Shown piece after piece: positions 27,966 through 40,232 of a stretch of DNA of 64,000 nucleotides. The DNA is taken from contig OX597817.1 of NCBI GenBank assembly GCA_951406725.2, positions 126,232,001 to 126,296,000 of the forward strand, written 5' to 3'. A model generated the notes under the pieces. It saw nothing but the letters and a program-made list of their open reading frames with translations. It had not been told where the DNA came from and ran no database searches. The position numbers and the translations under genes are program-made. Every line of letters begins with the position of its first letter. The stretch's first letter is position 1. The stretch comes from Octopus vulgaris (Eukaryota).

Positions 27966-30289
27966 TAATCTCAACTGATATTAGTAAATAATAAACTAAA
28001 AGAACGTGATTAAATATCGTAAATTGTTTTTGTCTGGCAATTTTGCCAATCCATCAAATAAAACTCCCTTATATGCTGTATGATTTTTAATTGGTAATAA
28101 CTTAATAGTTTATATGATCTCTTATAAAAACGTTATTAACCAGAGTTAGTGACCACGATATAGGTATAATTTTGAAAGCTAAAATTCAATCGTGTTTCAT
28201 GATAAAGGGTATTAGCTTAAAGGCATAACAACTTATTATTCCATGTATCCATGGGATCTTATGAAGGATGTTGCCGACCCTATTGGGTTATTTATTCAGG
28301 AAACTGTATGTGAATACGTACACCGGCTGGACCCGCTACAAAGATAACAGCCTTGCCGCGACGCAGATAATTCTGGGAAGCGTTTTATAAATATTTTAAA
28401 CGAATTTTAATGTAGAGATAAATACATGCCAATGCACAAAAAATTGAATCCTCTTCGCTTTTTCCACAATATTGTACCATTCTGATTGCTTAAATGCAAT
28501 AACTGCACATATTGGGTCAATTATTGGCGTCTCGCAGATAAATAAAGAATTTGGAAATATTAACAATTAGTGTACCAAAATTTATTTATATTATTTTGTT
28601 AAAAGAGTTCACTTGTGTCTATTGGCACAAAGGACATGACATGTATTGCTCTACCTTGATTATTTAAACGACGCACTGCTAACTACTCAGATTTAAGTGA
28701 ACTCGATGTTGCAGTTAATTGCCTTCTTCAGAATTCCTATGGAACACTTTTTGAAAGAATATAAACAATTTCGCATATATTTTGCCAATCGTTTTCCAGT
28801 AGCTGGAAATTTGATTCTAGTGCATTGGTAACACAGGTCGCTAATTCGTTTGTCTTCTACCCAAGAAACCTTCACATTGCTGCAGGATGAGATGATAAAT
28901 ATTTTTAATCTCGCCCAAGTAATGTTGGACGTCTTAAGGACGTAGAATGTAAATAATATGAGATACACATGGCTGATAGTTTTGACAATAGGTTTACTTG
29001 GATAACACTGACAAGGATGTGATCACATTATTACTGCGCGATTCTTGAAAGTTTTATTATTTCATGAAACAAAATCACATACAAGAATTAATATATTTTT
29101 GATATATTAAATTTCTATGCAATGCATTTCTTTTGCTACATATCGAAGTATTCGAAATGCGACAGTAAATAACATTTTAAAATAAAAATTGTAAAATAAT
29201 AAAAATGACTTTGGCTACACAATACTGTATTTTCATTTTCACTTTAGCTACATATGACTACACATTACTACATTATTAGATTAATTATCCTAAGCAGTTA
29301 CTGTAAATCTTCTTCAGTTAACCGGAGTACATTGCCGTGGAACGTGTAGATGTATTTATTATACATGACAAGAGTACTGCTCAATGTGCAGCGAATTAAT
29401 CTTTTTAAATCACTGAACCCATTCTCAAGTCTCAAAGAAACGTACAGAATCCTAAGAAAAAGACAATATCGTCTTACAGTTACTTTTGTAATTCACCCAT
29501 TGAAAGAAACTAGTTTTCAAAATAAATAATTAATAGATTTATTCGTTCATTATTTCCTTCTGTAAACCAAATGGGTTCTTTAAAGAAACTCGAATTCCTT
29601 GGCTTTCTAGCTTTCATTCGAGCAGCTACTTTTACTGATAGAGTTTTGTTTTGAAACTAATTTGAGGGAAACATGCCCACAGACTGAATTTACTTTCTGC
29701 AAATGATGTTGTAGGCTTAAAAATGAACGAGTGTTAAATAGAAGAGAAAGCGTACGTTTTTATATCGGTGTGAATGTTTCTGTGCGCGTGTGAATGTTTT
29801 GAAATTTATGAAAGAGACCGTAAAATATGCAATAAGGTGTATAAAATCTAAGAGAGAAAAAGCAGTCTAAAATTAAATGGGTTCGAATCGAGGAACAGTA
29901 GATGAATATATTATAATAAGAGCTGGTGAATATTCATACAGGATGCTGTATATAAACAATTAATAGCTTTATAGTTGACAAAACGTTGCTGACATTAAAG
30001 GAGATAAATTATCTTCGCGTTTTCTCATCCTCTCCATTGTCATAAGAATCATTATGCCCAACATTGTCATATTGTCCAAACTGTCGTAATGGAGTTCTTG
30101 TGAATTATATAATAAGGATAATAATCATTTTTATTATAGACACACGACCTGAAAGTATGGGGGAACGAGCAAGTCACATCGATCTCAGTGCTTATTTATT
30201 GACCAGAAAAGAATGAATTCCAAAGTCAACTGCAGCATTAGGTAGGAGTTAGAGTTCGTTTTAGGATGAGGGTTAGGGTTAGGGTCAGA

Positions 30290-30910
30290 GTTGGTTGGGC
30301 TTATTTGAAAAATGGAGAGGAATATTATATCAGTTCAGTATCCAACGTTACCGGCAAGTCGCTCGGGAAAATATGCTCGTGGGGAGAATATATCAGCGAA
30401 GCGTAGAGTACGTGGATTTGAGACGAAACAAGGCCATGCATTGTTCCAGAATGTGCCACGTTTGCGCTGGGAGAATATAAGAAATGAAGCATGGCTAAGT
30501 TGTCCTAAATGAAGGTTTGAAGATGCAAGGATTTGGTAATATCATCGGGTTAAAGGATGCTTGAGTATGAAAAATGCAATGTTGTATGGGATTTCCCAAT
30601 TAAAACGTATAAGAAGATAGAGAGTAACAAGCTAGATGTATCAAAAATAATTTACTGATTGATTTATTATGGCCCATTGATTCCTGGATTGTGAAGTAAA
30701 AAGCACTTTTGAAAAACTTAAAAATTAAGATTGATAGAATTCGGAATATGAAATCTGTAAAGGCTTTACCTGTAATAATTCATGCGTCAGGGACTGTGAG
30801 TAATGATACAGACATATTGTTTAAGGAGATTGAAGTGGAAAATACTGTAAATCTACAGAAAGTTTCCTTTTATGAACAGAAAAGATCATAAGAAGTGCTT
30901 GGAAGCTTAT
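30290..30910 (+). mobile_element. Decayed R4/Dong-like LINE 3' fragment
   Basis: NLKIKIDRIRNMKSVKALPVIIHASGTVS...LQKVSF resembles the C-terminus of the restriction-like endonuclease (REL) ORF at 40454-41923. An upstream CHVC Zn-knuckle remnant is present. Confidence 0.6.
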
Positions 30911-30989
30911 TGACAACTTGTGAATATCTAAGGTTAAAGGAAGTAACATGATACCAATATAGGTTATACGAGGAATAGGATCAAACCAT

Positions 30990-31330
30990 AAATGTAAAGG
31001 TTTTCTTATTGAAATTCAGAAAAGGTGGCATCTCAAGTCATGCAGTATACTCAGTATAATTAGATTGATAAAAAAGGAAACAATAAAATTTGCAACAGGT
31101 ACCTGGAAGGCTACCTTTGCAGGAAATGCAGAAAATACTGCTGAGTGGCGCTGTACATTCGGTGAGATGAGCATTATCAATTTAAATAACTTGCAAAGAT
31201 ATCTACTGCTTTGCTTATGCCCTAGGGCGACGGCTATAAACCAATTGTCTGTTAAGTATGCGTGTTACCAAATTTTGCCTCGAGTATCTGGATAACACCC
31301 GGCAAGATATGAAAGAGATGCAGACTTTAA
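30990..31330 (+). mobile_element. Second R4/Dong-like LINE 3' fragment
   Basis: EIQKRWHLKS...LIKK...VPGRLPLQEMQKILLSG matches EISKMWKLK...IPGNPKMAEVQKIVLMG of the young copy. Confidence 0.65.
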
Positions 31331-33097
31331 AGTACGTTGCACATAAATATGATATTTCGGAAGTAGAAAGGATTGTAGAAGACGTGTGAGGACGTTATTT
31401 CGTTAACTATGTTCACTATGAGAATAAGTATTCTCTTTGCATATTCAACACGCAGTATAGTTTCAAATAACTGTACTTTTTACATTGGAAATGAGAATTA
31501 TATTGTAGGCATACCAATAATCTCTGCGGTACAAACTAACCAAAAATGATGACCAAAAATGTTCCATATTCATTATGAGATAATTACAATGATCCACTTT
31601 TAGGAGGTACAAAATTTATGTTCTTCATACTTTTAAAGTGAAACATTTTTTTTATATCTATGCAAATTCCACAACTTTAAGCGTATGTAATGTGAGACTT
31701 CAACTACATAAAACTTTTGTTAATTAAGCAGAATAGAATACATCTGTGCAAGGCTAAGTCACACCTTTCAATAGCTACGTGTGACTAGATAGATATAGGT
31801 AAGTGGGTTTCAAGAGACACGTATATAGCTCACTATCAGAAACGAGCGACAGAGATTTTGTTATATGATTAATAATCGATTTGGAAGAAATATATTCCAT
31901 AACTACATGGATTCATATTCGATTACACTCATCTATCCTTTCATCGAATGGATCAATGTTGCATGGAAGATTGCGGCAGAATAAAACTGTGCAGCATCCG
32001 TTTAGAGAGATTATTCCTGCCTTCGAATAATACCTTTAATTGCTTCAACACCATTCTACGTGCTTTTAGTATGTTATCAGATAGTACCCTATTATTTCGA
32101 TTGATTGTCAAGCATTCTAATTAATTTATAACACATGAGTATCTTTTCAAGTCTAATCAGGAATAATAACTTTTCCTAAACTGATAAAACCTAAATTTTA
32201 AGAATTAAGAGGCGCGAGAAGAAACTAACTATAATTACATTATTAATGAACTAATTTTTTATAATTTAAACCCTATGTTCACATATGAATAAAAGATTAT
32301 TGTGTCAATGTTTATAGGCACAGATATGATAGATTACAGAGCCATTGACGTTATAGATTTGAAGTATCAATAGACAAACAAAACACGCACGAGGAAAAGA
32401 TTACAACATTCCATTGAAAACCTTAACAGAAACATATTGAGGTTTCTCGACTTAATCGTCAAAATACGACTGGTTTAACTCGGCTGCATAACCGAAGATA
32501 AAACTCTGTATTAGCTAATCCCGTTTTCGTCTAATCTTCTAAAGTTGTTATTAATATCGTACAGTTAGCAGTGTGGCAAAAACATCGAACGTAATGCCAT
32601 GATTTATTATTTACGATTAATTACATATTAATATCAATATTCACCGGGGTTCATATGCCTGACATTATTATTTGAGATACTAGTAAATTATTAGTACTCT
32701 GTAGTGGACAGGCAGAATCGGGCTTTTGATGGGGACATTGTTTTATGTCGTTGCTTCTAATCAATTTGTTCGGAATTCGAATTCTCGCCGTTGTCCGATT
32801 CGAGGCTTAACACAATTTGATTTCTTGTTGAACTCTTTAACCGCCCTTTCTGGGATTTTATGGACCATTTAGTTGAAACCAATCAATTTAAAAAGTCCAG
32901 ATCTGCGATTTGAGATAAGTTTTAAGGCAGTACTGGAAACTGAATTTGTTACGAGTATTGTCATTCGGTCAGCGTTAGCTTTAACAACTCCATTTCAAGA
33001 GTTTTCGATTGAGTCTATGAAATTAACCTCGAAGTAAGAATTCTCAACTCAGCAGAAGGAGACGCACATTTCAAACTTTCCACTATATGAATATTTA

Positions 33098-33189
33098 TCA
33101 GAACATTCCTAAATTTAGAATGAGAAGCATATTACCATTGCCCCTGCACAAGGACGACACGGAAATTCGTGAAGTGTTCCATGTTTATT
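33098..33189 (+). pseudogene. U6: U6 snRNA pseudogene (5'-truncated, degenerate)
   Basis: ATTACCATTGCCCCTGCACAAGGACGACACGGAAATTCGTGAAGTGTTCCATGTTTATT aligns to the canonical U6 3' half ATTAGCATGGCCCCTGCGCAAGGATGACACGCAAATTCGTGAAGCGTTCCATATTTTT. The ACAGAGA box and the 5' stem-loop are lost. Confidence 0.85.
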
Positions 33190-33663
33190 GGTAAACTATT
33201 ACGTTTTCCTTATTTCCTTACCAACAAAAATAGCCACAATTCTCAAATATTTATACCTTCAAATCTGTTTTCTATATAAAAGGGACGAAATAACATGTGG
33301 CTTTATATATTTTTTCTTTTCTATGCTTTTCAATTACGTTATATATTTCTATGAGTTATACTTATCAAACTCACATTAGGAATAAGTATACGAATGCATT
33401 TTCAATTGTAGTATATTATTTATTTGGTGGGAAATGTATTTTTATATTTCTGTTTATAGTCATCAAACACATTTTCACATGGAATAAACTCCTTTCTGTT
33501 TTAGCTCTAAATTTAAATGTTCTTTAATCACTGAAAAGATACACCCATATATAAAGAGGAAGTTTCTGACGAATTTTCAACTTTGTATGCATATATGTGC
33601 GTCTGTGTGTATGTGTGTGTGCATGTGTGAGTGTATGTGCGTGTGAGTATCATATATATAGAA

Positions 33664-33895
33664 GGCGGCAGGCTGGCAGAAACGTTAGGGTGCCGGGCGA
33701 AATGCGTAGCCGTATTTCGTCTGCCGTTACGTTCTGAGTTCAAATTCCGCCGAGGTCGACTTTGCCTTTCATCCTTTCGGGGTCGATTAAATAAGTTCCA
33801 GTTACGCACTGGGGTCGATATAATCGCCAATCCGTTTGTCTGTCCTTGTTCGTCCTCTCGGTGTTTAGCCCCCTTGTGGGTAGTAAAGAAATAAG
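33664..33895 (+). mobile_element. Full-length tRNA-derived SINE family A
   Basis: A-box-like TGGCAGAAACGTTAG, B-box GAGTTCAAATTCC, body GAGGTCGACTTTGCCTTTCATCCTTTCGGGGTCGAT and an A-rich tail running into (TA)n. Several homologues occur in this window. Confidence 0.9.
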
Positions 33896-33910
33896 TATTA
33901 TATATATATA

Positions 33911-33965
<55 letters not shown>

Positions 33966-33976
33966 GGACACACAGG

Positions 33977-34020
<44 letters not shown>

Positions 34021-34960
34021 CAGTTGCGGCCAAAATGTTCAGAACGGCATTGTTTTCGCCAGAAAAGTAGGTATAAGTTTTTATCAAATTTGTTTCATAT
34101 TCTATAATTCTCACAGACGATAAATACAATATTAGCTGTTATTGTCTGAGATTTTGGTATAAATTGAGAGGAGAATACAAAAGTTATGGATGATTTAGTA
34201 ATTTACTGCAAAACCCATGGCGGCCAAAATTATCAGAACGGTTGTTTTACTCCATGTTTTAGTATATTTAACCGGCGAACTCTAATGTTTTGAATTTGTT
34301 TACGTGATGGTTCGTTTACTAAACATTAGTAAGAATATCTGCAGTGTACTTTGTTAATATAATGCCACTTACTCCGTTATGAATTCGTCGGCAGATTATT
34401 AAGCTTTGAAAGAAGGATAATCTAAGTATTGGGTCTATTGCAAAGATTGTTAACAAGTCAAAAAGTGTTGTTCAGGGTATTCTTAAGGTCTTCGATGATT
34501 GTGGTTCCTGTGAAGCAAGAAAGTCTACAGATAGGCCAGGAAAAACGACCAAGAGAGAAGATCGTGCTATGGTAAAGTTGGTTAAAAGGACAGATTTAAA
34601 ACTGTTGCTGATGCTGTTTCTCGGGAAATGAGCATTGTATTGAAGAAAACGTTATCTCAAAAAACTTGTCTCATCATTTAGTTGAACATAACCTACAAGC
34701 AAGATCACCACCAGTGAAGCCACTGATCAGCTCCAAAAATAAAAAGTGTCGTCTTACCTTTGCAACCGAACATGTTCTTGTGATCTCAAGAAAAATGGCA
34801 ACCTGTGCATTTCAGTGATGAATCTAAGTTTAGGTTATTTGGCTCAGATGAAAAGTAGGTGGAAAATTGCCACCTAAATGCCTTAAGACTAGTGTTAAAT
34901 TCGGTAGAGGAAGTGTCATGGTTTGGGGGATGATATCTGGAAATGGTGTGGGCCCTATCG
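34021..34960 (+). mobile_element. 3'-truncated Tc1-like transposon (IR/DR type left end)
   Basis: It starts TA|CAGTTGCGGCCAAAATGTTCAGAACGG, with an inner direct repeat GCGGCCAAAATTATCAGAACGG at ~34220. Transposase fragments include GRPGKTT, VHFSDESKFRLFGSD and SVKFGRGSVMVWGMISGNGVGP. Confidence 0.88.
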
Positions 34961-35834
34961 AAATATATATACCTATATACACCAGTGTAATAAAGAAGTT
35001 CTTGCTACAGTATTATATATATGAGGGGATTATATACAGACGCACATATACGCATATGCATTTTCATAGATCATCACACACGGTGATAAATTGTTAGTAT
35101 AATCAAACTGCGTAAGGAGTACCAGTTTAAAAGCATGATCTATTGAGGAAAGTAATGTAGCTATACAAATGTTTGTAACCTTTGACACATTTGTAAAAAA
35201 AAACAAAAGATAAAAACGGCAATTGCACACGTCTACACATGTACATATTCGTACTCATATTTTTATTGTATATAAAATGTGATATAAGTACTTTGAGATG
35301 TGCACATGTATATAAACACATACTAGCCGTAAAAATATATTTTGAAGAATTACTAATGTTGTTTTCATAAACGAAAGTAGTTTTTAAAACATGTAATATA
35401 TAAAACTATCGTAGTTTACTAAGAGAATATGTAAATTAAGAGGACGTAAGTATAAAATCATGTGATATTTCTATAGTGATACATTACACACACCCGCACG
35501 CAGGCATACACACACACACCCACACACACACACACACACAAACTCACATATATTTCAACACACAAATAAATATACACTCTAATATGCATTAGTTTTGCGG
35601 TATTATACATGTATATAAACGGGTTCAAGGATGTGAAAATGTACTAGCATGCAGACTTATACACACACTAAAACACATGCACAAACATGTGTTTATGTAA
35701 GATAGACACAAGGAATAGCCTGTGTTGTAAACAATATACAGACTACATGACAGATGTGCATACATATGCACAGAGATGTACTTACCTACAAAGACATACA
35801 CACATAAAGATACACAGATATATATGTATGTATG

Positions 35835-35870
<36 letters not shown>

Positions 35871-35880
35871 TATATTTGTA

Positions 35881-35914
<34 letters not shown>

Positions 35915-36706
35915 GGCTCATGCGTCACTATACGTATACACACATAATACATGCAAGAGTATGTGTACATATATGTATATATACACTGTTTAAGATATAC
36001 GTTTTACTAATATTTTATTGAGATATTTTGAAATATGGAAATGTGCAATATTTTTCATAGATGCAATGGATAAGTCATACCTCCTGCTCTTTAATTTGGC
36101 TTTTAGTATTTACAATTTACATACGTTCTAATAAATATAAATTACGATATTTACTACCTGGCTTATAGTGGGTAGCGTTTCTTGAAAGAGACCATTAAAA
36201 TGTGTATGCATATTTTTTTTTTAGTTTTAGTTTTGCTATGAAAATTCCTGATCTTAACTGAAGACCTATATATAATTTTACATGCCAGACATTCTTTTGT
36301 ACAATTTGAAAATATGCCACGAACAAGAAAACAGACGTGACAACATTAATATCTATATGGTGTCTTGTGACTCTGCAGAAGTCACATAACTTATTCAATT
36401 GTATCACTTATACTGGGGTCTGAGTGGGTGATTCTCGTTTTCATTTTAAACATATAGTAACTTAGAAATTGAACAAAACCAATAATAATCATCAAAATCT
36501 TTAAGACTTTCGAACTTCCACTGATTGTCGTTTAAATCATAAAACAGCTGAGTCTAGTTTATATGAACCGTGTCACAAAAGTAATGTAACTTTTCAATAC
36601 TTAGCGAAAAATCAAGTAATACACTTGCGATGTTGATTTGAATTATAAATTGCATTTCATAACATATTTCTAAAATGTGATGCTAAAATATGATCCAAAA
36701 GAATAT

Positions 36707-36875
36707 CAATAATATCTATAATAACAACACTGATGGCCTCAATAATAGCCATATTGAAAATGGATCATATAACAATAATTTCATAAACAATAATATCTAT
36801 AATAACAACAATGATGACCTCAATAATAGCCATATTGAAATTGGATCATATAACAATAATTTCAGAAACAATATC
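36707..36875. repeat. Two-copy 81-bp tandem duplication, AAT/AAC-rich
   Basis: CAATAATATCTATAATAACAAC...CTCAATAATAGCCATATTGAAA.TGGATCATATAACAATAATTTCA starts at both 36707 and 36788. Confidence 0.9.
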
Positions 36876-37008
36876 GACATAAATCCAAGATTTATGAAAT
36901 TATCTCATTGCCCCACAAAAACGTCTGGTCCTTTAAATAATAACTTTCCTCTGGAATTAATTATGTATAAAAGCTGTGCGCGTTCTCACCAAAAATCGTA
37001 CCTATAGG

Positions 37009-39018
37009 CAGTGATGGATCTACAATATTGAAGCGCTGACGTTTAACATTTTTATGGTGGGGAGGCTTTACAACCAGCAGCAATAGAGCGCATCGGACAA
37101 GGTTCTAAGAATTTTTGTGACCTTGCAAGGAAATCCAACTTGAGGCCCTGATAGCCCAATTGGTGGTGTTGCAACATGGAGTCCTTAAAATTTATTCTGA
37201 ATGTGAGCCCTCTTTCCACCAGAAACAAGGTTTGGGTAATTACCGATATCATTGTTGATGTGGTTGTTCTATGGCAGATCACTACAAATATTTTCCAGGG
37301 AAGCGTTCTATTCATGCATGATGCATCATTAAGATACATATGAAAATTACAAAATACTCTTTTTCATGTTTTTGTCGCAACAGTTTTGTCATATGACAGC
37401 TTCCTTGCAATGCCATTTTCTAGAGACAATATGCATAAGTAATTTGAGCGCTTTTCAGTTATGGTAGATCGAAATTTATTCTTGACATAGGAAAGCTTTG
37501 ACGAACTTATTTCTGCTTCATAGCCTGTGATAGGCATTGTCAAGTAAAGCTTATGTCCAGTGGCAATATTAGGGCACACTTCAATTAACTGTTGCTCATA
37601 TATAAGCTGAAGAAACTGTGTGCATTGCATTTTGGATGGTGCGTTTTCTTCAGTGTTCTGGGATTTCCTAAGGTGTAACTACACTCTGAACTGGTAACAT
37701 TAATTTATTAATTTGTGGTCGATATCGTCTTTGTAACGCAATATTATAAGTTTGATACTGTTCTCATCAAATTCCGAGTTCTTCATCAATTCTGAGATAA
37801 ACTTGAACCCTTTCGCAATCTGCTCATATGGGTCCATTTTCGTGCTTAACTGGATTATCAAGCAGTCATAGATTTGCTTAGAACTTCTATCCTAAATTTT
37901 TCAGCCCCTTTCAAAGAAGCCCTACCACTTGACCCATCTGCAAATTTCTTTGTAACATTGCGTTTGGGAACATCAAAATAAGTTGTGGTGATATATTCGC
38001 ATAAACCTTTTGCTACTCATCCACAGTGTGCAATCCTGTCGGCTGAATTTGCTCGTAGCTCTTTTATAAATGAAAGCAAAGATGCAAGCAGAAGGTAACC
38101 TTCAATTACATCAGAACCAGCGATTTGGAGTTTCTTACTTGTTATGTTAAAACACTTCATAATTCCTTCACAAAAAAATGTTAAAAGAGCATATTACAAT
38201 TTTACCAACTTGTGGTATAAATTCTTTGCATTTACGTTCAGGCGTCTCTTCTGACTCTACGAGCATATGTTTGAGACTTTGTAAAATATCCCTATATCCC
38301 TTTTTAATTGCCCGAACTGCTTCATAGAGTGAAAACCATCTAGGTACACTTAAGCCCTTTAGAGAAAATGCTAGATTGCCCTGTACGTTTAAAATACCCC
38401 ATCTTCGACGAGATTCAGAAAAGATAACATGCAGTTGCTGCAAGATGCCAAAATAGTCAACAACGTCAGGTACAGTAGACACTGCCTTTTACCAAGCAAG
38501 GTTGAGTACATGGCTTGCACAGAATACATAGTCTGCGTATCTGTTAATGTTTTTAATAAGTTCTTGCATCCCTTTCTCCGAGCCCATCATGTTGGAAGCA
38601 TTATCGTACGACTTACCACGGACATTTTCCCGTGAAAGATTATACTACCCCAGAAATTGTTATTTTGTTGAAGGTCATTGATAAATGTTTTTCTTTTGTT
38701 AAAAATGCTAACGATCTCTCACAGGGTTTTCCATTATAAAAGTATCGAATTACAATTACCAGCTGATCAACATGTGTCATCTTAGGTTTAGGGTCAACAA
38801 TAACTGAGTAGTATTTGATGTCTGAGTTGTTGATCTGATTCATCATTTCATCTTTTTTCAGATGTTTTCCCAGGATTTCTATCAATTCTTCGTACACAGA
38901 TTTAGATAGGTAAGTAATATTTCATTTTTCATTTGTCCATTTGTTTAAATATTCATGTAAAACTGGGTCACACTCCGCAATAATCTCAATGGCCCCCATG
39001 AAAATTTCCACTGTTTAG
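37009..39018 (-). mobile_element. Decayed, 5'-truncated hAT transposon (ZMYM/Tip100-like transposase)
   Basis: Fragments read GAIEIIAECDPVL, YYSVIVD...HVDQLVIVIRY, LKGLSVPRW and the C-terminal dimerisation domain PNIATGHKLYLTMPITGYEAE.SSSKLSYVKNKFRST...LCILSLE. A candidate terminus CAGTGATGGATC lies at 37009. Confidence 0.85.
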
Positions 39019-39019
39019 G

Positions 39020-39466
39020 GAGCCCCAACTTTTTCCACGTACTTCTCGAAATTTTTGCTCACTGTTCCCAGGGATCCGACAATTATTGGTACTACTGCTA
39101 CCTTTTTCATCGACCACAAATGCTTTAATTCCCAAGCTAACCTGTCATATCTGTCGAATTTTCTTCCTTATCGCATATATTGTTGTCAGCTGGGCATGCT
39201 ATGTCTATGAGCTAGCATAGTTTGTTTTCTTTTTGAATTAAGAATATGCCCGGCTTCCTATTCTCAAACTCATGGTCCGACTGAATCATAAAATCCCATA
39301 GGATCTTTGCATTTCTATTTTCGACCATGCCTTCAAGTTTGTGGTCGTACCAATTTTTTGCTCTGTTAAGTCCATACTTGTTGCAAAGTGTCCAATGGAC
39401 ACACCTGGCTATAATGTCGTGACGTCTTTTATATTCCTTATATTGCCGTGGCGTCTCCTATATTCC

Positions 39467-39469
<3 letters not shown>
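39020..39469 (-). mobile_element. R4/Dong-like LINE fragment 1 (REL endonuclease region)
   Basis: KEYKRRHDIIARCVHWTLC...WYDHK...ILWDFMIQSDHEFENRKPGI...LIDIACP...VVPIIVGSLGTV. Its 5' end abuts (TAA)n. Confidence 0.85.
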
Positions 39470-39544
<75 letters not shown>

Positions 39545-39545
<1 letters not shown>

Positions 39546-40182
39546 CTAGTCTTATTTTATCACGGGTCTACTTTTATCACAGTGCCTTGGGTATGTGCTG
39601 TGATTTGTTGTGATGCTCATATTTTCTCTGTATTGACATTGTTTAACGTAGGATGTGGGAAGTACCTAGTAGTGTTAGTTTTTGTATGTTATATATACTT
39701 GTAAGCCCTGGTGCTTTTTATGGATTTCTTTGAATGTCTTTTTATCATATCTAATGCGCCTACTAAATAGGAATTGTTTCTGCTTTTAGTTACCTCTATT
39801 TCCAGATCTTTGTATTGTGAAAATTCCTCCCTTGCTTTTAGAGAAACCTTGTCACCAGTTGGTGTCAATACATATCATTAAAATACATTTCTGTCTTGGT
39901 GATCCCTATGACCTATTTCCTGCTTATTGGCCTTCATTTTTCCGTGTGTATTGGCATATTCTAGAGTACGGTGGCTTTCTCATTTCCTGTGAACTTTTCT
40001 GGGGTGTGTCTGTACCATCTTTTTTCTTTTGTTATTCCATTGTGTTGGCATATCTTCCAGTGTATATAGGTCCGAAATCTGTCGTATCTGTGAATATATT
40101 CCTTCTTAGTCAGCACTGGGCAGTAAGAGACAATATGATTTATTGTTTCTTCTACATCACTACATATTCTACAGTTATTTGT

Positions 40183-40187
<5 letters not shown>
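39545..40187 (-). mobile_element. R4/Dong-like LINE fragment 2 (Zn knuckle, REL and 3' UTR)
   Basis: CRICSDVEETINHIVSYCPVLTKKEYIHRYDR...YIHWKIC...WYRHTPEK. It is bounded on both sides by (TAA)n. Confidence 0.88.

Positions 40188-40231
<44 letters not shown>

Positions 40232-40232
<1 letters not shown>

Noticed and set aside
31099-31161. Apparent AG...GT-bounded 63-nt exon
   Set aside because: It translates to the R4/Dong C-terminal motif (VPGRLPLQEMQKILL), so it is LINE debris.
39066-39082. Candidate right TIR of the hAT element (GGATCCGACAAT)
   Set aside because: It lies inside LINE coding sequence (PIIVGSLG) and is a chance similarity.
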